From a virus (lineage: Duplodnaviria; Caudoviricetes): 64,000 nt of DNA. The position numbers and the translations under genes are program-made. This document shows, piece after piece, positions 21,999 through 32,718 of the stretch. Position 1 is the first letter of the stretch. The number at the start of each line of letters is the position of its first letter. The notes under the pieces were generated by a model. That model saw nothing but the letters and a program-made list of their open reading frames with translations. It ran no database searches and had not been told where the DNA came from. The stretch covers positions 1-64,000 of IMG/VR virus record IMGVR_UViG_3300021387_000994. One strand, 5' to 3'.

Positions 21999-24041
21999 AT
22001 GAAAGAAAAAAGAGTATTGGTGGTAGAACGCTCGGGTTCTGATATCAGTTATTCTAACGAGACTGTTACTAACAATCTAGGAAAGCAAGAAGAGTCAATA
22101 GTTCTTACCGGTATATTTACAACTTTTAATGAGAAAAATCGTAATGGTAGAATATATGAAAGTGCAGACTTTCTCCCACATCTTGAAGCTTTGAAAGAAT
22201 CTGTTAAGAACCATACTTTACTAGGTGAGTTAGACCACCCACATGGTTTTGAGATTTCACTGACAAATGCAAGTCATGTGATTGAAAGTCTTGAGTTTGA
22301 CCCACAAAGAAATGCTGTTGTTGGTAAGATTCGTCTTCTCAACACTGCAAAGGGTAAGGATGCACAAGCATTAGTAAGAGATGGTATTCCTCTCCATATT
22401 AGTTCTCGTGCTGCCGGTACCGTAGATGAAAGTGGTCACGTAAAACTTCAACAATTGTTCACTTATGATTTGGTTGCAGACCCTGGTTTTGCAAATGCCG
22501 TCTTATCAAGAGTGAATGAAGGGGTGGATTCAAATCCTATTTCAGATGAAACGAGAAGAATTTTGACTGAAATGAAAGAAAATTATGAAAAAATTAATGA
22601 AGGTCTTAATCTAGTTTCGAGTTCTGAAAGTTGTGAGATTTACGAAACTAACACAGAACTTGTTCCAGAACCAGGTAAAGAAGGTAAAAAGACAGATGAT
22701 TTTGGTTGTGAACAACAAAATAAAAACACTAATAAGGCATCTAATGGTACAATAGACGATACAAATAACAAAAATAATATGGACGGAAAATATATTTCAT
22801 TTGAAGATTTTCAGAAATATACTGAGAATCTATCTGAAATCATCGCCGATTTGCAGTCCGCTATTTCAAATTATAGAAATGAGTTAGAATCAGTAAAAAA
22901 TGAAAAAGGTGGCACAAAACCAACCGAAACATTCCAAGATGGAAAAACTGATAATAGTGCAATTTCGAATTTGGTAACAAATAGTGTTGAAAAAAAGATG
23001 AAAGAGGTTGAGGAAAGATATGAGAATTTGAAAAAATATACTATGTATCTAGCCGAACAACTCGACAATTCTATCTCACATCAAGACTACATTGTTGAAA
23101 ACTGCAACAAGATGATTGAACATCAAGATTATATTGTTGAAAACTGCAACAAGATGATTGAACATCAAGATTATATTGTTGAAAACTGCAACAAGATGAT
23201 TGAACATCAAGATTATATTGTTGAGAATTTGAATGACACAATTGGTTATCAAAACTATATTGCAGAGATGTTGGATAAGTCTATTGACTATTCTAATATG
23301 CTTGCAGAAGAGCAGAATAAAAATATCGCTCACTCAGACTATCTCGTAGAGAAGATGAACCAAATGATTGACCATCAAGACTACATTGCAGAAAGTTGCA
23401 ATGAAATGATTGATGAAAACAACAAGTTGAATGAAACTGTTAAAAAATTGAAAGATTTCGGTAATTATTTGGCAGAAGGTATGAATAATATTGTCGCTCA
23501 CAATGATTATATCGTAGAGAGTTTGAACAAGAAAGAAGAAAATTCTTTGAATGAGGAACAGAACAAACAACAAGTTGTTGATAAGAAAGTTGATGAGAAA
23601 AAAGAAGAGAAATTTGATTCAAAGAAATATCAGAATGACCTCAATGAAAAACTTGGAAATCTCATATCAACAGTAAAGACTCAGTATGAAGAGACAAAGA
23701 AGAAAGAAGCCGAACAAATCACAGAGTCAAGAAAGGCTGTTGAAAATGCAAACGAGTTTATGCTTGTTAATTATATCCCAGAAAGGCTTAAAGAAAGATG
23801 GGCAAATCTTTCAGATGAAAGAAAACAAGAAATTTTGGCAGAGTCAAAGATGCTTGTTATCAACAATGCAAATGCAGCAACTTATTTCTGGAACACTCGT
23901 GATATGAGAGAAAAACAAGTTGAGATGAAGAAAGTTGAAGAACAGGTTACTGCAAACCAACAGAACAATCCTATAAACGAAGGTCTAACCGAAAGACAAA
24001 AAATGATGTCTGATATGATTAAGTATCGTATGAGAAGATAA
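21999..24041 (+). CDS. gp21: prohead protease (T4 gp21-like) fused to a long coiled-coil scaffold-like domain
   Basis: KNRNGRIY, LGELDHP, SHVI, ISSRAAG, TYDLVADPGF in the first ~175 aa; remainder is 14-aa helical repeats. Confidence 0.9.
   Translation: MKEKRVLVVERSGSDISYSNETVTNNLGKQEESIVLTGIFTTFNEKNRNGRIYESADFLPHLEALKESVKNHTLLGELDHPHGFEISLTNASHVIESLEFDPQRNAVVGKIRLLNTAKGKDAQALVRDGIPLHISSRAAGTVDESGHVKLQQLFTYDLVADPGFANAVLSRVNEGVDSNPISDETRRILTEMKENYEKINEGLNLVSSSESCEIYETNTELVPEPGKEGKKTDDFGCEQQNKNTNKASNGTIDDTNNKNNMDGKYISFEDFQKYTENLSEIIADLQSAISNYRNELESVKNEKGGTKPTETFQDGKTDNSAISNLVTNSVEKKMKEVEERYENLKKYTMYLAEQLDNSISHQDYIVENCNKMIEHQDYIVENCNKMIEHQDYIVENCNKMIEHQDYIVENLNDTIGYQNYIAEMLDKSIDYSNMLAEEQNKNIAHSDYLVEKMNQMIDHQDYIAESCNEMIDENNKLNETVKKLKDFGNYLAEGMNNIVAHNDYIVESLNKKEENSLNEEQNKQQVVDKKVDEKKEEKFDSKKYQNDLNEKLGNLISTVKTQYEETKKKEAEQITESRKAVENANEFMLVNYIPERLKERWANLSDERKQEILAESKMLVINNANAATYFWNTRDMREKQVEMKKVEEQVTANQQNNPINEGLTERQKMMSDMIKYRMRR
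23079..23226 (+). repeat. 42-nt coding tandem repeat (HQDYIVENCNKMIE)
   Basis: Units start at 23079, 23121, 23163, 23205 and are near-identical. Confidence 0.9.
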
Positions 24042-24076
24042 AAATTATACAACTAAAAAACAAAACAAGGGCAAAA

Positions 24077-24775
24077 ATGTTCGAAACTATATTTACTTTC
24101 TTTAAGGAATATGGTGCTTTATTAATAGGACTCATAAAGAAATATGGTATAAAAACAGTTATAGTGGTAGTATTACTTTGTGGTTTTATATTTGGTATCG
24201 GATATATGGTCGAAAAAAGAATTAATATGGTTGTTCCACAAACTGTAGAACAATCTATGGATGCCAATTATGAGAAACAAGAAACCATACACCAAGAGAA
24301 TCTTCTTAAATCTGACGAAGTATATTCGGAGGCTAAAATAAAACTTCGTTCAACTTTGAAGGATATTGGGTGTGAGTATATCTATCTTATAGAATATCAC
24401 AATGGTTCTGCTAATATGGCAACATCGTTCCCATTTAGGAAATTCGACGTGACTATGGATATCTGTAAGGATGGTGTTCCATACATAAACACCACAATGC
24501 TAAAAGACGAACATATTACAAAATACGACATTTTCGACAATCCGGAATTTACTAAACAGCAGTTTATGTATTGTTCTCGTGAAAATTTTAAAAAGGTCGA
24601 TTACAAGTTGTATCAGATGATGGACCATAACAAGAAAATACAATGGGTGTACACTTACAATTTATATTACGGTGATGACATACTTGGTGCAGTTCTTGTA
24701 TTATCATACGATAAAATTAACTTGAAAACATTTATGAACCATATGCACGAATTGGATGTTATTTTCAACCAATAA
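24077..24775 (+). CDS. single-pass membrane protein with soluble C-terminal domain (possible holin, T4 gpT-like topology)
   Basis: Hydrophobic VIVVVLLCGFIFGIGYMV segment followed by a ~190-aa globular domain. Confidence 0.4.
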   Translation: MFETIFTFFKEYGALLIGLIKKYGIKTVIVVVLLCGFIFGIGYMVEKRINMVVPQTVEQSMDANYEKQETIHQENLLKSDEVYSEAKIKLRSTLKDIGCEYIYLIEYHNGSANMATSFPFRKFDVTMDICKDGVPYINTTMLKDEHITKYDIFDNPEFTKQQFMYCSRENFKKVDYKLYQMMDHNKKIQWVYTYNLYYGDDILGAVLVLSYDKINLKTFMNHMHELDVIFNQ

Positions 24776-24912
24776 GTACTTTTCATAAATATAGAAAAGA
24801 TGTAAAAATCATTTTACATAAATATATAAAACAACAAAAAGAAACTTGAAGTAAATAGAAGCAAAGTACTTCAGTTGACTATATACAAAATAAAAAAAAA
24901 AAGAAAAAAATT

Positions 24913-26613
24913 ATGTTACAAAACGTTATTTTGAACGAAGCCGAAGTTTTAAAGGCTTGGTCAGGTTTTATTACTGAGTCAACTGGTGTTACTGATAGAG
25001 CTAAGTTGACATGGATGAGCAAATACTGTGCTTATCACGATATGAATGAAAAACAACAGCTCAACGAGTCAGTAGCTGGTTATGCTCACCTTAACCCAGG
25101 TATGAACGTTGGCGGTATGGGAGACATCTATTTCCCAGGTGCTAACCCTAACAATGGTTATGATGGACAACGTGGTAGTGGTGACAACCCATTCTCACTT
25201 CTCCCTCTCGCCGTTCAGGTTGCTGCACAGACAATCGCTCTCGACCTCGTTCCAGTAGTCCCAATGCAGGGTCCTCTCGGAATCCTCCAATATATGGACT
25301 ATGTTTACGAAGGTGGTAAGACAAATATCGCTCCTCGTTTCGAGGGTGAATGGCCAATGGGTAACGAGTCTAAGACTGCTCCTCTCATGGTTAAATTGAC
25401 CCTTGCAAAAGAAGATGGTAGTGATTCCGATTCTGAAAAGGATATTGTAAACCACGCCGCTTCTTACAAAGAACTCCAAGAGACTTTCAAACCTGGTTAC
25501 ACAACTGAGGTTGGTGAATATAAACTTATCTTCGTTGCACTTGGTCGTATCGACGGTCGTCCTATCTTCCAAGTTCAGGAGAAGTTGAGAACCAACGAAC
25601 AGAAGTGGAATGGTGGTGAAGGTGCAAGCCAATCACTCGCTGAAACACTTATGGGTGAAAATGCAGAACAGGTTGCTGGTTACTATGTAATCGACATCGA
25701 CACTGTTAAGGCTCTTGAAGATTTCATCCCTGGATTCACTGGTGCTGGTTTCAAGAATGGTAATCCAATGTCAGCTCAGTCTTATGACAGAGCAACTGGT
25801 GAATCAACACCAAGCAACATGATGTCATTGAACGTCTTCACAGAGAAGGTAGAAGCCAAGACCATCCAGGTTAAGGGTACTATCACTCGTGAGCAAATCC
25901 AAGACCTCAAGGCTTATGGTATCGATGCTCTTGCACAGGTTGAAGCAGAACTCGTCAATGAATTGACTCAGCATATCAACCGTGAGTTGTTGAACAACAT
26001 CTTTGAACTTGGTTGGAAGAACCACGAGGAAGCTCTTGCTTTCGAGGGTATCAACCTCAACACATTCTTCACCATCGACCCAGCCGAGCCTGACCACGAT
26101 GGTTTTGAGAATGTATATGTAGCAGGTGGTGCTGAAACACTTGGTACCATCCAGAGAAGACTCTACACCAAGGTTCTCGCTGCAACCACATTGATTGCAC
26201 AGAGAGGTCGTAGAGGTGCTGGTACCTTCGCTGTTTGTGCAGCAGGTATCGGAGCAGCTCTTCAGGATTGTGCCGGTTTCACCGCTTATCCACTTTCTAA
26301 CACCATCAACCAAACCGCCGGTTCTTTGTATCCAGTTGGTGCAATCAGTGGTGTAAGTATCTACATCGACCCTAACATGCCATTCAGCGATGGTCACATC
26401 GTAGTTGGTCGTAAGGGTAAGGACAACGAACCTGGTCTAGTTTTCATGCCTTACTTGATGGCTGATAAACTCTCTTATCCTGCAGAGGGTATGGAAGGTG
26501 CTCCTGTAACTTCATTGAAGTCACGTTATGCTATCGTCCGTGCAGGTCATCACCCACAACTTTACTACTATGCTTTTGAAGTTAGAATGGGTAAAGGTGT
26601 GAACATCATCTAA
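24913..26613 (+). CDS. gp23: major capsid protein (T4 gp23-like)
   Basis: DLVPVVPMQGP.G, EQIQDLKAYGIDA, ELTQHINRE, VGRKG, GLVFMPY, LKSRYA; tandem late promoters at 24784 and 24817; strong codon bias. Confidence 0.95.
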   Translation: MLQNVILNEAEVLKAWSGFITESTGVTDRAKLTWMSKYCAYHDMNEKQQLNESVAGYAHLNPGMNVGGMGDIYFPGANPNNGYDGQRGSGDNPFSLLPLAVQVAAQTIALDLVPVVPMQGPLGILQYMDYVYEGGKTNIAPRFEGEWPMGNESKTAPLMVKLTLAKEDGSDSDSEKDIVNHAASYKELQETFKPGYTTEVGEYKLIFVALGRIDGRPIFQVQEKLRTNEQKWNGGEGASQSLAETLMGENAEQVAGYYVIDIDTVKALEDFIPGFTGAGFKNGNPMSAQSYDRATGESTPSNMMSLNVFTEKVEAKTIQVKGTITREQIQDLKAYGIDALAQVEAELVNELTQHINRELLNNIFELGWKNHEEALAFEGINLNTFFTIDPAEPDHDGFENVYVAGGAETLGTIQRRLYTKVLAATTLIAQRGRRGAGTFAVCAAGIGAALQDCAGFTAYPLSNTINQTAGSLYPVGAISGVSIYIDPNMPFSDGHIVVGRKGKDNEPGLVFMPYLMADKLSYPAEGMEGAPVTSLKSRYAIVRAGHHPQLYYYAFEVRMGKGVNII

Positions 26614-26642
26614 TAAAGAATTTCAATACTTTTTTAGATAAC

Positions 26643-26677
26643 AAAAAAGAGAAACTCAAATGAGTTTCTCTTTTTTT
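26643..26677. terminator. bidirectional terminator after the major capsid gene
   Basis: AAAAAAGAGAAACTCA-AA-TGAGTTTCTCTTTTTT. Confidence 0.85.
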
Positions 26678-26693
26678 ATTCTATAGTCTATTA

Positions 26694-27458
26694 CTATTTT
26701 TTACCACTTCGTATTTTTGCAGCGAATTGTTTTGCATAAAATCGAGTGTCAGAAGGAAATCCTTCAGCATTATCGCCAACCCAATCTAGATACGACGGGT
26801 CAACATTTCTAACTGGTTTTCCTTTATATTTTCCGAAAGACATCCGAACACATCTATCATCACCATCTCCTTCGATTACAAAATTTCCACCAATATCGAC
26901 ACGATTTGAGTATGTCGAAAGTTCATTTTCATCAAGAATCTCATTATTTTCAATTTGATGACGATATATTTCTAGTGTAGCCATAGCATCTGCATCTGCA
27001 CTATGTGCATTATCAAGGTCTTTACCAGTGTACTTCTTGTATAACTCGCCAAGTTTTCCGGAGTTGTATTTCTTATAAATTGTGTACGTGTCATACACTT
27101 TCACTTCACGGAAATTCCATACAAGACCAGCTCTCAGAAAACTCTCATATAGAATTGGTGCATCGTAGAACGTGCAGTAGTGACCACCAATGTCACAACC
27201 CTCGAAAAACTTGAATACCACTGGTGCAACTTCTGTGAATACAGGACAATCAACAAGGTCAGATTCCTTAATACCGTGTCTTTCGAAAGCATCGGGTTCG
27301 ATTGGGACACCATCGTTGTTACACTTGAAATAAATCTTATCTATTATTTCGAGAGTTTTTGCATCCACCTTGATTCCAGAAATCTCGATAATCCTTGTCA
27401 ATGCAGGATTTTTTAGAGCACCGGTTGTCTCCAAGTCAAAAAATATAATATCTTTCAT
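26694..27458 (-). CDS. DEDDh 3'-5' exonuclease (DnaQ/ExoX-like)
   Basis: FFDLETTG, YD..IL, AHSADAD; C-terminal FGKYKG..V..VDPSYL.W. Confidence 0.9.
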   Translation of the reverse strand: MKDIIFFDLETTGALKNPALTRIIEISGIKVDAKTLEIIDKIYFKCNNDGVPIEPDAFERHGIKESDLVDCPVFTEVAPVVFKFFEGCDIGGHYCTFYDAPILYESFLRAGLVWNFREVKVYDTYTIYKKYNSGKLGELYKKYTGKDLDNAHSADADAMATLEIYRHQIENNEILDENELSTYSNRVDIGGNFVIEGDGDDRCVRMSFGKYKGKPVRNVDPSYLDWVGDNAEGFPSDTRFYAKQFAAKIRSGKK

Positions 27459-27462
27459 TCTA

Positions 27463-27912
27463 TTAGATTAGATTTTCATAAACATACTTAATTGCAGCAT
27501 CACACGCCTCGTCATTTTTTTCAAATCCGGTTTTAGACTTAACCAGAGAGAATTTATATCTCTCTAGTTTATATATTTCATATACATATCCAATTCCATC
27601 TTCATAGACATATGGTTTTACAGTTATATGGAGATTATAATTATCCCTTATAAATTCCATCATACCCCATAAAGATGGTGCAGAGTATGCTGAATCAGAA
27701 TTAGATGAGTTTTTGTTATAACTCTCATATATATCACCCCCATCAATGGCCTCAATTTCATCTTCCCTACCTTCGTCTCTTAAATCACACTCTTCATCAA
27801 AACTGATGTCCTCACCATTGTGACATATTCTAGGTATATAAGATATACGACACAATTCATTGAATCCTTTTTGTTTAAGAAGTTTTGCAACCTCAAATGA
27901 TACAATATCCAT
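27463..27912 (-). CDS. conserved Bacteroidota-phage-type hypothetical protein
   Basis: VSFEVAKLLKQKGF...APS motif recalled from Bacteroides/Prevotella phages. Confidence 0.6.
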   Translation of the reverse strand: MDIVSFEVAKLLKQKGFNELCRISYIPRICHNGEDISFDEECDLRDEGREDEIEAIDGGDIYESYNKNSSNSDSAYSAPSLWGMMEFIRDNYNLHITVKPYVYEDGIGYVYEIYKLERYKFSLVKSKTGFEKNDEACDAAIKYVYENLI

Positions 27913-28004
27913 CTCTATTATTTTTTATTGTTTTCCTTTTTTTTAAAGATACTATTTTTTATTGAAAAAAAAAATAAAGTCGTGGAAAAATCCACGACTT
28001 TATT

Positions 28005-28304
28005 TTATAAATTTGAGTTCATATCCTCAAATTCAAACTCATAATCTGATGAAGGTGGGTTTGCAGTGGCTTGACCAGTTATCTCTGGATTAGATTGTCT
28101 TATGTCATTCTTCGTAGGAGTGAGAAGTTCTTTTGCAGTCTTGAAAACACCTTCTTGAATTTCATAGGTTCTCTTATCATGCTCGCCACTTTCGAACTTC
28201 TTTACTTGTTCTTTATCTTTCAAGAAATCCAAAGAATGTTCCCTTGCAGATTCGAACCTTTTGTTGTACTCGTAATGGTCGAGTTCTTTTTTGTAATCTT
28301 TCAT
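28005..28304 (-). CDS. hypothetical protein
   Basis: 99-aa ORF followed by a hairpin terminator at ~27972-28005. Confidence 0.6.
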   Translation of the reverse strand: MKDYKKELDHYEYNKRFESAREHSLDFLKDKEQVKKFESGEHDKRTYEIQEGVFKTAKELLTPTKNDIRQSNPEITGQATANPPSSDYEFEFEDMNSNL

Positions 28305-28349
28305 ATGTTTAATGTTTTTATTTTTTATCTATGAGTATATTTAAGTTAT

Positions 28350-30254
28350 TTAATTATATATTTTACCCCTAATTTCTTTCGGAGCTCCTTTAAGTGATGT
28401 TAATTCATTTCCTCTACAATAAAAATCTCCACCAACTTTTTCAGGAGCACCTTTAAGTGATGTTAATTTATTACACCTACAATTAAAATTTCCAACAACT
28501 TCTATTGGAGCGCCTTCAAGTGATGTTAAATTACTATTCATACACTCAAAATCTCCACCAACTTCTCTTGGAGCACCTTCAAGTGATGTCAATTCATTAC
28601 CAACACAATCAAAATTTCTACCTACTTTTTCTGGAGCACCTTTAAGTGATGTCAATTTATTACGACTACAAATAAAATCTCTACCTACTTTTTCTGGAGC
28701 ACCTTCAAGTGACGTTAATTCATTAAATTTACAAATAAAATCTATACGGACTTTTTCCGGAGCTCCTTTAAGTGATGTTAATTTATTATGGTAGCAATTA
28801 AAATTTCCACTTACTTTTTCTGGAGCACCTTCAAGTGACGTTAATTCATTCCGTTCACACTCAAAATTTCCACCGACTTTTTCCGGAGCACCTTTAAGTG
28901 ATGTCAATTTATTATTATTACACTTAAAACTTTTTTTAACTTTTTCTGGAGCACCTTCAAGTGATGTCAATTTATTACCACTACAATCAAAACTTCCACC
29001 AACTTCTCTTGGAGCACCTTTAAGTGATGTCAATTCATTACCACTACAATCAAAACTTCCACCAACTTCTCTTGGAATACCTTCAAGTGACGTTAATTTA
29101 TTAAAGGAACAATCAAAACTTCCACCAACTTCTATTGGAATATCTTCAAGTGACGTTAATTTATTAAAACTACATATAAAGTCACCACTAACTCTATTAA
29201 AATATATTGGAAGTGACGATAGGTTATTCCCATTAAGTTTTACATCACCATCATAGTCAATAACGGGTTTATCATTTTTTTCTTCAACGAATTTTATTTT
29301 TTTACCATCAAATCCAAAATCACACCAATCCAAAATCAACTTTTTATTATATATAAAAGATTGTTGTTTACCATTTTGAACAAAATAGAAATTTTTAGTT
29401 ATTTTATCTACTTTATCAAATAATGAATTTATATCTACACCTTTTTTAAGTTTTTCTTGAATATTATACTTATTAAATTTTTCACCTTTTTCCGAAGGTT
29501 TAAAGACTTCAAAAAAGTTCATGTTTATAACTTCACTGACTTGTCTAGGAGAACAAAAGTTTTCATTATTTTCTCCATCAAAATCGTGGTTATATCTAGT
29601 TGTGATATATAAAGGCATTCCGTTATAATCTACACATACTGAAATCATTGATAAACCATAGTCGTTCAAAGGGGCGTCTTTATCATCTTTTTTTACATTT
29701 TTGAATCCATTTCTCAAACAAAAATAGAATTGATTCATTCCATCACATGAGTATGAATCGAAATTTTTATTACTTTTTGTAACACACCAAGAAGTATATG
29801 ATTTGTATTTTGAAGCACTTCTATAAGAATTAATTTTAATTATTTCATAATCACTACCTCCAGTGAATTTCATTCTTTTTACATAATTAATTTCCTCTTC
29901 AGTTTCTTTTTTCTGTATTGGAAGGAATCTTTGAAAGATTTCATCCTTACTTAATCCATTGAGATTATTGTCATATTCGGACAAATGTGGTTCAACAGAA
30001 ATGATTTTTAACATACTATTCATTGTAGATATATCATTTGCATTCTGCAACTCTCCATCAACATACATTCTGCACACACCGTACAAAAATTTATATGCCG
30101 GTCTTTCTGTGTGTTCAAGTTCAGAGAAATCATGCTTTACTGCATTTATGATTTCAGATGGATTATCATATCCTTTTGACCTTAACATTCTTTTTGTCTT
30201 GTCTTCTTTTGATTCCAATATAAGAAAACTTCCTAAATCTAATATATTTTTCAT
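28350..30254 (-). CDS. leucine-rich-repeat-like protein (22-aa LTSLEGAPEKVGGNFxC repeats)
   Basis: About 13 tandem 66-nt coding repeats in the C-terminal half; N-terminal domain with a WCVT motif. Confidence 0.8.
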   Translation of the reverse strand: MKNILDLGSFLILESKEDKTKRMLRSKGYDNPSEIINAVKHDFSELEHTERPAYKFLYGVCRMYVDGELQNANDISTMNSMLKIISVEPHLSEYDNNLNGLSKDEIFQRFLPIQKKETEEEINYVKRMKFTGGSDYEIIKINSYRSASKYKSYTSWCVTKSNKNFDSYSCDGMNQFYFCLRNGFKNVKKDDKDAPLNDYGLSMISVCVDYNGMPLYITTRYNHDFDGENNENFCSPRQVSEVINMNFFEVFKPSEKGEKFNKYNIQEKLKKGVDINSLFDKVDKITKNFYFVQNGKQQSFIYNKKLILDWCDFGFDGKKIKFVEEKNDKPVIDYDGDVKLNGNNLSSLPIYFNRVSGDFICSFNKLTSLEDIPIEVGGSFDCSFNKLTSLEGIPREVGGSFDCSGNELTSLKGAPREVGGSFDCSGNKLTSLEGAPEKVKKSFKCNNNKLTSLKGAPEKVGGNFECERNELTSLEGAPEKVSGNFNCYHNKLTSLKGAPEKVRIDFICKFNELTSLEGAPEKVGRDFICSRNKLTSLKGAPEKVGRNFDCVGNELTSLEGAPREVGGDFECMNSNLTSLEGAPIEVVGNFNCRCNKLTSLKGAPEKVGGDFYCRGNELTSLKGAPKEIRGKIYN

Positions 30255-30266
30255 ATTCTTTTTTTT

Positions 30267-32642
30267 TTACCAATTAACGTCATCACCTCCGAAATACAAG
30301 GCGAATCCAGCTTCAAGTTGTGTTATATTTACAAATATTTTTTCACCGGTTCCTTGACCGTTGTCTATTACACAGAACAAAGTATCTTCAGCGGTTAGAT
30401 AATAAAAACCTTGTTGGATAAATTTTCCCTCGTGTTGTTTTAATTCACTTTCGTGTGCAAACTCACGACTCAAAACTATTGCATTTTTAATACCCTCAAT
30501 TTGAGTTTTTCTCATATAATACTCATCAACCCACACTTTTTTTGCAAATGCACTTGCCTCTTCTCTTGTAACACAGTCATTATCAGTATAATTTATTATG
30601 CTTGATATTTTTGCATAAATGTTTTCTGCATCTTGTTTGGTGAGATATATATTGTCTGCAACATCCTTTTCGAGGAATATTGAATATATGTCATCTGCCT
30701 TCATATATTCCGACAATTTAAACTTCTTCATATAAAACTCATCCACCCAAATCTTTTTGGCAAATGCAGTAAGAGACTCTCTTATATCTGAAAGTTGGTC
30801 ATTTGTTGCATACTTTGAAAACTTATTGTTTAGTTCAGTAATTTTTTGTGACAACAACTCGTTTATTGAATCACCTGTCATATAGTTTTCAAGTGTTTTG
30901 CTGAGATAAACAACAGAAGTATATTTTTTTAGTTCATTCAGAAGTTCGTTATTGTCGATGAAATTAGTACTGACCCAATTTCTTTGAGCAAGTGTTGGAA
31001 TAACGGAACTAACAGAAGAAAGTTGTTCTTTTGTTGCATACTTTGAAAACTTATTGTTTATTTCAGTAGTCTTTTGTGAAAGAGATTCTTTTGTTGCATA
31101 ACCATCAAGTTTTTCATCAACGTACTCCTTTGTTGCATATCCACTTAAATCTGTTGGTTCTCCACTTGAACTACCACTTGAGTCACCCTTTCTAATAAAA
31201 TTTTCACTGACCCAATTCTTATGAGCAAGATTACTCATTCTATCATTTAATTCAGAAACTTGAGTACGTGTTGCAAACTTTGACATTCTGTTGTTAATCT
31301 CATTAGACAATCGTCTTAATTTTTCGTCAGTAACATCTTTTTCCTCGAATTTATCAAGTATTTCGTTTATATATTCAAGTGTTGCATATCCTTCAATTTT
31401 TTTATCAAGGTCTGACTCATGAAGATAATGTTGTTCTACACATATTTTCTTTGCAAATGCACTAAGTGATTCCTTTATATCAGAAACTTGTTTCTTGGTT
31501 GCATATTTTGATAATTTATTATTTATCTCTGTTACAACTTGTTCAATCTTATCGTCTATCGATGAATCATCTTCTCCTCTTAAAAATTTTGAATCAACAT
31601 ATTCTTTTGTTGCATACTCACCGATAATATCTTTGATTGAGTCTTTACGGAGATACAAATTATCCACCCACATTCTATTTGCAAAAGTTGATAATTTTTC
31701 ATTGACACTAGACTTTGTTTCTACATTACTCAAATCAGATTTCTTTGCAAATGTAGAATCAGCAACGTCTTTCTTTAAATAGGAATTTGCTTCATTTTTT
31801 GTCAAGTAATCATCGAGTACCACATCAACAGATTCTTTTGTCACATAGTTATTCTGCAACTCATTTTTTGTTGCAAAAGTATTGTTTGCAGTAGTTTTTA
31901 AAAGATATTTGTTATTTACATCTTCTTTTGTTGCATATATAGAACCGACTTCACTTTTCTTTAAGTAAGGTTTCAACGATTCAGTGAGTTGGTTTCTTGT
32001 TATGTAGTTCTGAACTTTTTCTAAAAATTCATCCTCATCTATATATAATGTATCTGCTTCATCTTTTGATAGATAAATAGATTCAGCAAGAGAAGTCTTT
32101 AAATACTCATTCAGTTTTGTATTCAATTCTCCGGATGATATTCTATTATTGGTCTCAGACCTTACCTCATTAATTGAATTTGCAAGTCTGTCACAATAGG
32201 CATAAAGATTTCTGTTTGAAGTTTGTAAACTTTTTATATCTTCTATAAGGGATAATGGTTCATCTAACAAACCAAATTCTTCTTTGGTAAGAAGATAGTT
32301 TTTCGAATAGTTTTCAAGAGCTTGTTTTGTTATGATATTCTCAATTGGAGAACCTATTATATTCACAAGTTCATCTACAAGTGACAAATTTGTCACATAG
32401 TCATGTTCGGCGAGCCAAGCGTTAAGTTCAGACTTTTTTACAACATCTTTAATATTGCTATCGGAAGCGAACACAGATAGTTTGTGTCTCCTATTATTCC
32501 AATCGAAATAAAACTCATTGGTATCACTCGTATGGTATAATCTTCCGTTTGAGGGTGTTTTTATGTTACATAATTCTTCATAAGTACATGTTATAACTTC
32601 CAAATATTCAACAGCAAGATTTGTGTTGTCTTGTACGTTCAT
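30267..32642 (-). CDS. late fibrous repeat protein (YATK / FAKKxWV repeats)
   Basis: Many YATKE-type repeats; late promoter 32665-32672. Confidence 0.65.
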   Translation of the reverse strand: MNVQDNTNLAVEYLEVITCTYEELCNIKTPSNGRLYHTSDTNEFYFDWNNRRHKLSVFASDSNIKDVVKKSELNAWLAEHDYVTNLSLVDELVNIIGSPIENIITKQALENYSKNYLLTKEEFGLLDEPLSLIEDIKSLQTSNRNLYAYCDRLANSINEVRSETNNRISSGELNTKLNEYLKTSLAESIYLSKDEADTLYIDEDEFLEKVQNYITRNQLTESLKPYLKKSEVGSIYATKEDVNNKYLLKTTANNTFATKNELQNNYVTKESVDVVLDDYLTKNEANSYLKKDVADSTFAKKSDLSNVETKSSVNEKLSTFANRMWVDNLYLRKDSIKDIIGEYATKEYVDSKFLRGEDDSSIDDKIEQVVTEINNKLSKYATKKQVSDIKESLSAFAKKICVEQHYLHESDLDKKIEGYATLEYINEILDKFEEKDVTDEKLRRLSNEINNRMSKFATRTQVSELNDRMSNLAHKNWVSENFIRKGDSSGSSSGEPTDLSGYATKEYVDEKLDGYATKESLSQKTTEINNKFSKYATKEQLSSVSSVIPTLAQRNWVSTNFIDNNELLNELKKYTSVVYLSKTLENYMTGDSINELLSQKITELNNKFSKYATNDQLSDIRESLTAFAKKIWVDEFYMKKFKLSEYMKADDIYSIFLEKDVADNIYLTKQDAENIYAKISSIINYTDNDCVTREEASAFAKKVWVDEYYMRKTQIEGIKNAIVLSREFAHESELKQHEGKFIQQGFYYLTAEDTLFCVIDNGQGTGEKIFVNITQLEAGFALYFGGDDVNW

Positions 32643-32718
32643 ATAAAGTTCTATTTGTTTTATATATTTATGATTTTTTTGTTATATTTAATACATAGAA
32701 ACAATTAAAATAATAACT

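Noticed and set aside
28376-29230. 66-nt periodic repeats as a second CRISPR array
   Set aside because: In-frame coding repeats with similar, not unique, intervening sequence
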